Shown here piece after piece: positions 38,958 through 46,103 of a stretch of 64,000 nt of DNA. The notes under the pieces were generated by a model. The model had not been told where the DNA came from. It did not search any database and saw nothing but the letters and a program-made list of their open reading frames with translations. A program made the translations under genes and the position numbers. Numbering within the stretch: position 1 is the first letter of the stretch; each line of letters opens with the position of its first letter. Source of the DNA: Patescibacteria group bacterium (lineage in GTDB: Bacteria > Patescibacteriota > Patescibacteriia > UBA9570); the NCBI GenBank assembly GCA_041665365.1, contig JBAYIY010000007.1, positions 11,103-75,102 of the forward strand, given 5' to 3'.

Positions 38958-38960
38958 AAC

Positions 38961-39035
38961 TTTACCCCCAACCCCCTTGCAGGGGGCTAAGAAAAAATGT
39001 TTTTAAAAAACTTCTTTGGGGGACTAAGGGGGTAC
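38961..39035. repeat. family-1 palindromic element (degenerate right half)
   Basis: tttaccccc-aa-cccccttgcaggggg-ctaagaaaaa...cttctt-tgggggactaa-gggggtac. Confidence 0.8.
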
Positions 39036-39050
39036 ATTCCAGTAAGCCTT

Positions 39051-39079
39051 TTGCGAGTTTTATTTTTTTCTGTTATAAT
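39051..39079 (+). promoter_or_regulatory. sigma70-like promoter of the Wzz-like gene, leaderless layout
   Basis: TTGCGA, 17 nt spacer, TATAAT, then 8 nt to the ATG at 39088. Confidence 0.55.
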
Positions 39080-39087
39080 TTTAACCA

Positions 39088-39951
39088 ATGAATTATCTTC
39101 GCATTGTCTTTGCCCATTGGATTGCCATATTGTTCATCACCACTGCGGCCGCGGCGCTTACGGTCGGGTTATCTTTTATTCCTACCCAGATGTATTCATC
39201 GGAGGTGTCTTTATTGATTGTGCAGAAACAAGCGCAGTATGTTGACCCTTACACATCACAGAAAGCTGCCGAAAAGTTGGGGCAAAATTTAGTGAATGTG
39301 ATCGACTCATTTGATTTTTTAAACCGCGTTTTGGCCACCGGCACAGTCTCACCCGATTTATTTAGTGCTTCCACTGATGCCCGTAAAAAACAATGGGAAG
39401 CCATGACTGATGCGGAAATGTTTAGTAACACTGGTGTGTTGCATATCACCGCTTATGCCCCCACCGCCGGTGCCGCTGAAGATGTGGTGATGGCCATGAG
39501 TACAGTGCTCACTACTAATTCATCAGATTATCATGGTGGGGGAGATACCGTTGAGATTAAGCTCATCGATGGGCCGGTCACATCGGATAGTCCGGTAAAA
39601 CCAAACATTCCATTAAATGGTGCGATTGCGGCTGTGTTAGGCCTAATCGCCTCGGCGGCTGTATTTATTGTTTATGAAGAAACCAAACGGTTACAAGATG
39701 AACAAGCCAAGGTGAGGTATGTGCAAACCGTCACGCCTGGTAGAGACGTGCCGCCGGCACGTCTCTACGATGATCGGATTGAAAAATCTGATCAAATCAT
39801 AGAGCCCCAATATAAGGTATTAGATGAATACCCCAAACAGCCATATGTGTATGGTGCGGAATTGAAGGATGAAGAACCTCGCCAAGGGGCGGGTGAACCT
39901 CGCCAAGGGGCGGGTGAACCGGTGTCGATGCAGGATCATTTGAAAAAATAG
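39088..39951 (+). CDS. Wzz-like polysaccharide chain-length determinant with repeat-derived C-terminal tail
   Basis: TM1 at the N-terminus followed by Y.SEV.LLI, and TM2 (GAIAAVLGLIASAAVFIV) near residue 190. The tail contains a family-2 palindrome and a 21-bp tandem. Confidence 0.55.
   Translation: MNYLRIVFAHWIAILFITTAAAALTVGLSFIPTQMYSSEVSLLIVQKQAQYVDPYTSQKAAEKLGQNLVNVIDSFDFLNRVLATGTVSPDLFSASTDARKKQWEAMTDAEMFSNTGVLHITAYAPTAGAAEDVVMAMSTVLTTNSSDYHGGGDTVEIKLIDGPVTSDSPVKPNIPLNGAIAAVLGLIASAAVFIVYEETKRLQDEQAKVRYVQTVTPGRDVPPARLYDDRIEKSDQIIEPQYKVLDEYPKQPYVYGAELKDEEPRQGAGEPRQGAGEPVSMQDHLKK
39740..39768. repeat. family-2 palindrome inside the coding sequence
   Basis: gtagagacgtgcc-gcc-ggcacgtctctac, translated as GRDVPPARLY. 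Confidence 0.85.
39874..39920. repeat. 21-bp tandem repeat (2.2 copies)
   Basis: gaacctcgccaaggggcgggt x2 plus gaacc, translated as EPRQGAG EPRQGAG EP. Confidence 0.9.
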
Positions 39952-39978
39952 GGGTTTTCCCCAGTAATTTAGGTAAAA

Positions 39979-40008
39979 AAACGAGTTCAAATAAATGGAC
40001 TCGTTTTA
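39979..40008 (+). terminator. hairpin terminator after the Wzz-like gene
   Basis: Stem acgagt/actcgt with a 12-nt loop, followed by TTTTAGTATT. Confidence 0.45.
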
Positions 40009-40011
40009 GTA

Positions 40012-40040
40012 TTGACAAAAAGTAGAAATAATGCTAAATT
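40012..40040 (+). promoter_or_regulatory. sigma70-like promoter opening the high-GC cassette array
   Basis: TTGACA (40012), 17 nt spacer, TAAATT (40035). Confidence 0.5.
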
Positions 40041-40064
40041 GTTCAGTTATTTTTGGGGACATAT

Positions 40065-40213
40065 GTACCCCCTAGCCCCCTTGCAGGGGGTAAAAGATAA
40101 CAATAAACTTATGCACCTTTTCACTATGAACAGTTAGTACGAACGGGGATACCATGAGTGTACCCCCAACCCTCATCTCTTATCCCCTTGAAAGGGGGAC
40201 AGAGGGGGTAAAT
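40065..40213. repeat. family-1 palindromic element, split/expanded copy
   Basis: gtaccccc-tag-cccccttgcaggggg ... about 70 nt insert ... gtaccccc-aac...ccccttgaaaggggg-acaga-gggggtaaa. Confidence 0.75.
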
Positions 40214-40760
40214 TCCGGAGTGGGTAAACACCAGTTAGTCTCACACGAATCAGATGAGAACACCATCAAAGTGAAGGTGTTGCCATGTGGTTCGTCTGTA
40301 TAGCCGGTGATCAGCAATGATCGCTGGCTGTCATGAATCACTCAACCCGAAAGGGTTAAGCACATTTACAATCTACTTTCCTACTTCGACTCGTTTCACT
40401 CGCTCAGTATAAATTTATTGAGCATGTAAGCTTGTCGAATGATCATCGGTAGCGATATACAGACCTCATCAATATACATACTTCTTTGAGTACACCACCC
40501 TAGCCCTCCTATTCTAGGAGGGAATAAGAATAAATTTTCTTACTCCCTTCCTACAATAGGAAGGGCCGGGGATGGTGTATTCCGGAGAGGGATACGTATC
40601 CGGAGAGGTCTCCATATCGCTACCGATGAAACCAACAATATCGGAGCTCGGTTCCCCAACGGGGAGACATTCGTCGCGGCAATTTCGCCGTGATGTATGT
40701 CCACCCGGACGTGAACCGGGACCGATCGACTTCACTCGACTACATGGAGCTACGAAAACA
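40204..40760 (+). promoter_or_regulatory. conserved structured 5' leader, copy A
   Basis: A 91-nt block (40204-40294) is identical to 42545-42635. Block 40443-40625 is near-identical to 42712-42917. Long-range stem cggtagcgatatacagacctc / gaggtctccatatcgctaccg. Confidence 0.6.
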
Positions 40761-42236
40761 ATGACGTTCAAGAACATCCTCGCGATCTTCACGTTCATCT
40801 TCGCCATTCTCGCCCCGGCGACCGTCGCCCAGGCCCAGGAGAAGTGGGAGGATCCAAAAGTGGGTCCGTTCACTCTCGGGTACTGGTCGAAGCTCGATGC
40901 CGGCGCGACCAGTGTCGACGCCGCGGCGGCCGGGATCATGAAGAACTTCAAGGAGTGTGAGAGCAAGTACGGCCAGGGTGGGTGCTACATCCAGTTCGAA
41001 TCATCTACTGACATCAACCGCTGGGACAACACCAAGAATGGCAAGGACGACGCATTGCACGGTGGGCTCGGAGAGGGACGCACCGCGGTCCTCAAGGACG
41101 CGGTGTTTTCTCGATCCGCAAGGATCAAGGAATACTCGGTCACCGACTACCCCCACCACGGTGCGAAAGATGGATGGCGGTACTCCTGGGCGACGATCAT
41201 GCCCAAGGAAGGTGCCTCCGCGATGCCGAAGGTGTCGGCCGACCCCAACAAGAGGTGGAGCTTCCTCACGGAAGTGCTCCTCCGCCAGACCGATAACCTC
41301 TGTCCCACGATGGTGCGGGCGGACGCGGTCACGCGAACCTACACCCTGCAGGGTCAAACCTGCGGGTGCAGCACGTTCGATGCAGTGCCCAGCACCCGCC
41401 AGTTGGAGGTCAGGAACGACCTCACCTGGTTGGGAAAGGTCGTCGCGGACCGCTCGAAGTGGTCCGACGCGAAGACTTTGACCTGGACGGAAGTCCGGGC
41501 CGCTCTCGAGGAGGGCACCGAGTCCCGCGTCATCGAAGTCGACGCGCTCGGCGATCCGTCCTCCACGCCCGACGGTCTGTCCGTTGAGTTCGTGGAGTCG
41601 GAGACCCTGCTCCGGGTGCAGTTCCCGGACAGGTGCTCGCCGATCCTCGACGCCGCGAAGGCAGAGGCCGACGCCAAGGCGCAAGCCAAGGCTCAGGCCG
41701 ACGCCGACGCCCGCGAGTCCGCAAGGCTCGCGGCGTACAACACCGACTTCATGGTCGGTGGGTCGGTCGCGGGTACGGGGACGTTCATCCCCAAGTACAG
41801 CCCCTTCAACCCGGGCAGGGGTTTCGACCTCGCCGGGCACGTCGAGGGCGGTGCGGTGATCGGCGGCGGGTACGGCGCGTGGGCTTTCGGGCTCGGCGTC
41901 GGCCCGTCGTGGGACCCGAACTGCCTGACCCCCGGCCAGGTTGACCTCGAGGCCTTCACCGGCCCGTGGCTCAACAGGCAGGGGAAGGTCGGGTTCTCCG
42001 CCTTCCTGAACGGATCTGCGGGCTTCACCATGTACAACGGTGAAGTCCTCACCCCGCGGTACCGCCTGGGTCTCAACCTGGGCGTGCCCGTGCAGGTGGA
42101 GCGTGAGCTCTACCTGGTTCCCCAGATCGGCCCCGTGGTCGACTGGGTGAGCGGGCAGGTGCAGGCGACCGGCGGCTTCGCGATCACCGAGCGAGTCGGG
42201 ATCGCGGGTGGTCTGCGGATCATCAAGACGTTCTGA
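40761..42236 (+). CDS. high-GC exported protein with C-terminal beta-barrel-like domain (foreign-type)
   Basis: ORF track gives 40572..42236. The true start is likely the ATG at 40761, after GGAG, because it begins the signal peptide MTFKNILAIFTFIFAILAPATVAQA. Strong GC3 bias. Gly/aromatic-rich last ~170 aa, ending in Phe. Confidence 0.7.
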   Translation: MTFKNILAIFTFIFAILAPATVAQAQEKWEDPKVGPFTLGYWSKLDAGATSVDAAAAGIMKNFKECESKYGQGGCYIQFESSTDINRWDNTKNGKDDALHGGLGEGRTAVLKDAVFSRSARIKEYSVTDYPHHGAKDGWRYSWATIMPKEGASAMPKVSADPNKRWSFLTEVLLRQTDNLCPTMVRADAVTRTYTLQGQTCGCSTFDAVPSTRQLEVRNDLTWLGKVVADRSKWSDAKTLTWTEVRAALEEGTESRVIEVDALGDPSSTPDGLSVEFVESETLLRVQFPDRCSPILDAAKAEADAKAQAKAQADADARESARLAAYNTDFMVGGSVAGTGTFIPKYSPFNPGRGFDLAGHVEGGAVIGGGYGAWAFGLGVGPSWDPNCLTPGQVDLEAFTGPWLNRQGKVGFSAFLNGSAGFTMYNGEVLTPRYRLGLNLGVPVQVERELYLVPQIGPVVDWVSGQVQATGGFAITERVGIAGGLRIIKTF

Positions 42237-42429
42237 TCTGAGTAGGAAAGTAGGTTAGGGTGAGGGGGTATAGGTTGTGTCGCAAGTCTGCGAACAATCT
42301 GTACCTCCTCCCCACCTACACAAATATGAATAAGGGATAATGTCTCTCGAGGTAGTGACCTCGGTAAACATGGTTCCTGATTCAACTGAATAAGGAATCG
42401 GTCTTTAAAAATAATCTATGGTTAAAACC

Positions 42430-42553
42430 TTTACCCCCTCTGTCCCCCTCTCGCCTCTGCGAAGCCGCTACGGCGGAGCACGGTGCAGGGGGATAAGAAA
42501 AGAAGTTTTAAAAATATCTTCTCATAGCCCCCTGCAAGGGGGTTGGGGGTAAA
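42430..42553. repeat. family-1 palindromic element (inverted orientation) with a GC-rich insert in one hairpin loop
   Basis: tttaccccc-tctgt-ccccct[38-nt insert]caggggg-ataagaaaag...-ccccctgcaaggggg-tt-gggggtaaa. Confidence 0.8.
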
Positions 42554-43053
42554 TTCCGGAGTGGGTAAACACCAGTTAGTCTCACACGAATCAGATGAGA
42601 ACACCATCAAAGTGAAGGTGTTGCCATGTGGTTCGAAGAGTCATAGTCGATCAGCAATGATCGCTTGTGACCACGAAACACAATTTGTTCTTTAAAATCT
42701 TCTGCTAAGAATCATCGGTAGCGATATACAGACCTCATCAAGCATACACACTTCTTTGAGTACACCACCCTAGCCCCCCGCCTTGCCGGCGTGGCAGGTC
42801 CTATTCTAGGAGGGAATAAGAATAAATTTTCTTACTCCCTTCCTACAATAGGAAGGGCCGGGGATGGTGTATTCCGGAGAGGGATACGTATCCGGAGAGG
42901 TCTCCATATCGCTACCGGTGAAAACAATACCGGCGTGCTCGGTTCCCAGAATGGGAAAGATGCGGTTGTGGGAATGTTCCCATGACATGTGTTCTACCCT
43001 GTTCAAAAGAACCGGGACCGATCGACTACACAATTTCGACTGGAGCTACGACA
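42545..43053 (+). promoter_or_regulatory. conserved structured 5' leader, copy B
   Basis: See copy A. Same block order, with the middle segment shortened and a 22-nt GC-rich insert at about 42786. Confidence 0.6.
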
Positions 43054-43839
43054 ATGACGCTCAAAAACATCGTGATCTCGCTCGCGCTCGTCGTCGGTTG
43101 CAAGATGGGCCCGGTGCAGGAATGTGACTCGGACTCGGACTGCTTCGAAACCAACACCAACTCCGATACCGACACCGACGCGGACACGGACACGGACGCC
43201 GACGCTGATACGGACACGGACTCCGACACCGATACCACCGAAACCGACGTGGACAACGACGGCGACGGGTACACCGTGGACGGCGGGGACTGCAACGACG
43301 CCAACGCCAGCGTCCACCCGGGCGCGACCGAGTACTGCAACGGCGTCGACGACGACTGCAACGGGTCGATCGACGACAATGACACCGACGGGGACGGGTA
43401 CGTCTCCGACGACTGCACGTCATATGACGGAGTCGCCGGCCTCCCCGGTGGTGATTGCGCGGATTCGATCGGGACGACGGCGTCCTGGTCGAACAGCGAT
43501 ATCCACCCGGGGCAGTTGGAAATGTACGACTGGATCGACACTAACTGCGACGGCACCGCCGACGATGGATGTAGTATGTTGTGCGACACCGACGGCGACG
43601 GATACGAGAATTTCGAACAGGGCAGCGGGCCCGAGTTCGAGTGCGTGGACGCGTCGTTCGTGGCGGATCAGTCCGCCTCGAGCAGCCCGTTCGATACGAC
43701 GATCTCGTGGACGTATGCCTCCAGCGGAGTGGTTTACTCCGGTGTGAACGCAACGTGCGAAATGACGGCGGCCCAGCAGGTCGATCCGTCAACCTGGAGG
43801 ACGATCACGTCCATCCAGGCCGAGATGGCCACCCGCTAA
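43054..43839 (+). CDS. high-GC lipoprotein with (D-T)n tract and MopE-type Cys-rich motifs (foreign-type)
   Basis: Start at the ATG at 43054 after GGAG. Lipobox LALVVGC. DTDTDADTDTDADADTDTDSDTDT tract. DGDGYTVDGGDCNDANASVHPGATEYCNGVDDDCNGSIDD. Confidence 0.7.
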   Translation: MTLKNIVISLALVVGCKMGPVQECDSDSDCFETNTNSDTDTDADTDTDADADTDTDSDTDTTETDVDNDGDGYTVDGGDCNDANASVHPGATEYCNGVDDDCNGSIDDNDTDGDGYVSDDCTSYDGVAGLPGGDCADSIGTTASWSNSDIHPGQLEMYDWIDTNCDGTADDGCSMLCDTDGDGYENFEQGSGPEFECVDASFVADQSASSSPFDTTISWTYASSGVVYSGVNATCEMTAAQQVDPSTWRTITSIQAEMATR

Positions 43840-44107
43840 AGGTGGTTATCTCAACCGGAGATTGGTAGTTCTCCGGGCACAGACATAAGTGCAAACAAAA
43901 AACCAAAATCTTCTAGCAGAAGATAGATCAGCTCGGGAGGTGGCATGAGTAGAGCACACAAACGCTCCTCGCCACCTCCCACCTTCGCTCTAAGAAGAGC
44001 TTCGGCGGGCAAGCCCACCTAATAATGTATCCAGAATCAAATAGTATTATGGATAGATTAATGGGAAATAGTAATTAACAAATAGGAGTTAGGAAATAAA
44101 TAGGGGG

Positions 44108-44134
44108 TTGACGTGACCTTTTTTTTGATATAAT
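44108..44134 (+). promoter_or_regulatory. promoter with extended -10, leaderless layout
   Basis: TTGACG, 15 nt spacer containing TGa, TATAAT (44129), then 8 nt to the ATG at 44143. Confidence 0.45.
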
Positions 44135-44142
44135 ATCGATTT

Positions 44143-44391
44143 ATGACTACGGCTAAATTAGTAAAAACAGTAAATTCATGTCCAAAGACAAGTTTGAATG
44201 ACAAACCGGTTGTTATGATACCCATGGAACTATGGGAAACGCTTCAGGTACAATTACTAACAAGACCAGTCCCGACTTATTATTTGCAAGGAAAAGAGGC
44301 AAAACAATTAGATCATCTTGTTCAACAAGGTATAAACGCAGCTCGATCGAGAAAAACTAGAGTAATAACTTCACTTGCAGAGTTAGATTAG
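44143..44391 (+). CDS. putative type II antitoxin (Phd/YefM- or RelB-like)
   Basis: 82 aa. KPVVMIPMELWETLQ resembles the antitoxin N-domain. A toxin-like remnant follows 4 nt downstream. Confidence 0.4.
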   Translation: MTTAKLVKTVNSCPKTSLNDKPVVMIPMELWETLQVQLLTRPVPTYYLQGKEAKQLDHLVQQGINAARSRKTRVITSLAELD

Positions 44392-44394
44392 CCC

Positions 44395-44460
44395 ATGAAC
44401 ATACAGGTCACAGATCGTTTCGTTAAGCAATATAAAAAATTTATCGATGAGGTTAGATGA
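44395..44460 (+). pseudogene. truncated RelE/ParE-like toxin remnant (21 codons)
   Basis: MNIQVTDRFVKQYKKFIDEVR-stop resembles the N-terminus of RelE/ParE toxins (..I.ft.rF.K.lKKl). Confidence 0.35.
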
Positions 44461-44506
44461 TGATTATGGAAAAATAAAAATACGAAGTCACACTGAAAAA
44501 GATATT

Positions 44507-44532
44507 AAAATGTGCTACCAGCACATTTTTTT
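44507..44532. terminator. hairpin terminator, possibly bidirectional
   Basis: aaaatgtgc-tacca-gcacatttt followed by a T-run. Lies between the TA remnant and the 3' end of the ligase gene. Confidence 0.6.
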
Positions 44533-44562
44533 GTATTCAGCGTTATCAGTTCTTTCAGCGCC

Positions 44563-45966
44563 TCAGCGATCCATTTGGCCGTGTGGCCTTGTCTCCACAA
44601 CAATCATGGCTAGCACTGTCATATATGTCCACATCACGGCGGTACCTTGGAGTAGATTATCACTGACACTAATTGTTAGCGCGGCAATAATTAAGGCCAT
44701 ACCAAACAGAGCATAGTGTTTTTGCCAGCTGTCTTCATGGTGGCTAACATAATTCCAGAATAGTGTTACTAACAAACCTAGCCAGAAACCAAGATACAGA
44801 GCCAAACCAACGAAGCCGGTTTCAATGGCTAAACGGAGATAATCATTATGGGCTTCAGGGTCATCAAACAAACCGATATCGCCCTGTTGTCTTAAAGTCA
44901 CAAAGTTGCCTAAACCGTAACCGAGAAGGGGAGAATTGAGGGTTTGCGGTGCCATAGTTTGAAACACCTGTAAGCGCCAATCAATCGAATCGGCTTCCTC
45001 ATCACGACTGGTTAGGCGATGTAAGAGGTTTATTTTATTTAGATCATAATTAAAAGTATTGATGGTAACAGTGTTGATTACTTGCCACAACAAAAATGCA
45101 CCGACTAAGACAGTAGCAATAGTGAGTAATTGTTTACGATAATATTTTAGGCCAATTAATATTTGAATGACGACAAAACCAATCCAGGCACCTCGAGTAT
45201 AGGTGAATAATAACATCACCAACCCCAAGCCGATTAGCCATGGATATATTAAAGACCGTTGTTCAGGTTTTTTAGTCAGTTGGGTGATTAATAATAAATT
45301 TATGATACATACCAAATAAAACCCAAACACATTCGGGTGACCAAAGGTGCCATAGACGCGGTTATCTAAACCACCAAATGATAGCCCGGTGGCGGTAATA
45401 AGCTGCACCAAGCCAGCGGCTAATGGTATCACCAGAGCCACGGCTAGTACCGGTGTTAGCCGCGTGATACTGTGTGGTTGTGTGGTAGCCACGTGGTAGG
45501 CAATTATAAAAATAATCACAATCGAACTGAGGCGGAGCCATTCACTCAATGAGATAAATGTATCCAAGCTGACACCCAAGGTGGCGGCTCCCCAGATTAA
45601 AACTCCAATCAGCCAGCCCAATTGGGTAGTGGCACTAAGTTCAACCCGTTCTCTAAGTAGAATTACTAAGAACCACACAATCACCAATATTGCCACCATG
45701 GAAGTTAAATTTATAGTGACTGATCGAATGGTTAAAAGGCCATAGCCAGAAAATATATCAATGATCGGGCGAAAGATGAGTAGGGCATATAAACCATACT
45801 CGGTTTTTAATAAAAAAATTGGGGCGATAATTACAATGGCCGCTAAGCCAATGGCGGATGTAGCAGAAATATCTCCAAATACTATCCAGCCTAATACACT
45901 TAACACTGTTAGGCTGTATATAATTAAAAGTATGGTGTTGAATTTTGAAAGTGGGGAGAAAGACAT
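44563..45966 (-). CDS. O-antigen ligase-like (Wzy_C/RfaL family) membrane protein
   Basis: 467 aa, about 11 TM. YTRGAWIGF and EAHNDYLRLAIETGFVG motifs. Confidence 0.75.
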   Translation of the reverse strand: MSFSPLSKFNTILLIIYSLTVLSVLGWIVFGDISATSAIGLAAIVIIAPIFLLKTEYGLYALLIFRPIIDIFSGYGLLTIRSVTINLTSMVAILVIVWFLVILLRERVELSATTQLGWLIGVLIWGAATLGVSLDTFISLSEWLRLSSIVIIFIIAYHVATTQPHSITRLTPVLAVALVIPLAAGLVQLITATGLSFGGLDNRVYGTFGHPNVFGFYLVCIINLLLITQLTKKPEQRSLIYPWLIGLGLVMLLFTYTRGAWIGFVVIQILIGLKYYRKQLLTIATVLVGAFLLWQVINTVTINTFNYDLNKINLLHRLTSRDEEADSIDWRLQVFQTMAPQTLNSPLLGYGLGNFVTLRQQGDIGLFDDPEAHNDYLRLAIETGFVGLALYLGFWLGLLVTLFWNYVSHHEDSWQKHYALFGMALIIAALTISVSDNLLQGTAVMWTYMTVLAMIVVETRPHGQMDR

Positions 45967-45987
45967 TGAGATTATTATAACACATCA

Positions 45988-46025
45988 ATCCAGTAGAGAC
46001 ATGCCATGGCATGTCTCTACTGGAT
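45988..46025. repeat. perfect 38-bp palindrome (family 2 variant)
   Basis: atccagtagagacatgcca|tggcatgtctctactggat. Confidence 0.9.
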
Positions 46026-46029
46026 TGAT

Positions 46030-46092
46030 AAAAAAAAGAGGCCCCGGGAGATTGTCATGTACATGCGTAGTACAGACAACCTCAACCGGGGC
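46030..46092 (-). terminator. long-hairpin rho-independent terminator of the third high-GC gene
   Basis: Minus strand: gccccgg...gttgtc-tgtac...gtaca-tgacaat...ccggggc followed by T8. Confidence 0.6.
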
Positions 46093-46103
46093 GTCCAAAT
46101 TCT

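Noticed and set aside
38997-39245. 82-aa ORF overlapping the start of the Wzz-like gene
   Set aside because: It starts inside a palindromic element and overlaps the better-supported Wzz-like frame, which has a consensus promoter directly upstream.
40572-40760. N-terminal extensions MVYSGEGYVSGEVSISLP... of the cassette ORFs (40572 and 42864 starts; also 42982) and antisense ORFs ending ...PSYCRKGVRKFILIPS (40514..40966, 42806..43033)
   Set aside because: They appear conserved only because the leader DNA is duplicated. They run through palindromic, structured, low-GC sequence. The real starts are the Shine-Dalgarno-preceded Met codons that begin the signal peptides.
40957-42385. Many overlapping ORFs in other frames and on the opposite strand of cassette 1 (e.g. 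40957..41481, 41001..41840, 41354..41689, 41584..41859, 41693..42076, 42110..42385)
   Set aside because: They are artefacts of high GC content, where stop codons are rare. Their translations are Arg/Pro/Gly-rich low-complexity sequence. Only the frame beginning at 40761 shows GC3 bias together with a signal peptide and a Shine-Dalgarno site.
43003-43868. Alternative-frame ORFs over cassette 2 (43003..43317, 43026..43589, 43061..43423, 43124..43747, 43541..43792, 43581..43868)
   Set aside because: The same high-GC artefact applies. The products are Arg/Thr/Pro-rich nonsense and overlap the well-supported lipoprotein frame.
40012-43870. Integron gene-cassette array, or diversity-generating retroelement
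   Set aside because: No intI-like integrase, reverse transcriptase or template/variable repeat pair is present. I could not find GTTRRRY/RYYYAAC core sites at the cassette borders. The architecture is only loosely cassette-like, so these labels are not supported.
43900-43960. Possible third (truncated) copy of the leader after cassette 2 (aaaatcttctagcagaagatagatcagc resembles aaaatcttctgctaagaatcatcgg / gatcagcaatgatc)
   Set aside because: The similarity is short and patchy, and I cannot distinguish it from chance by eye.
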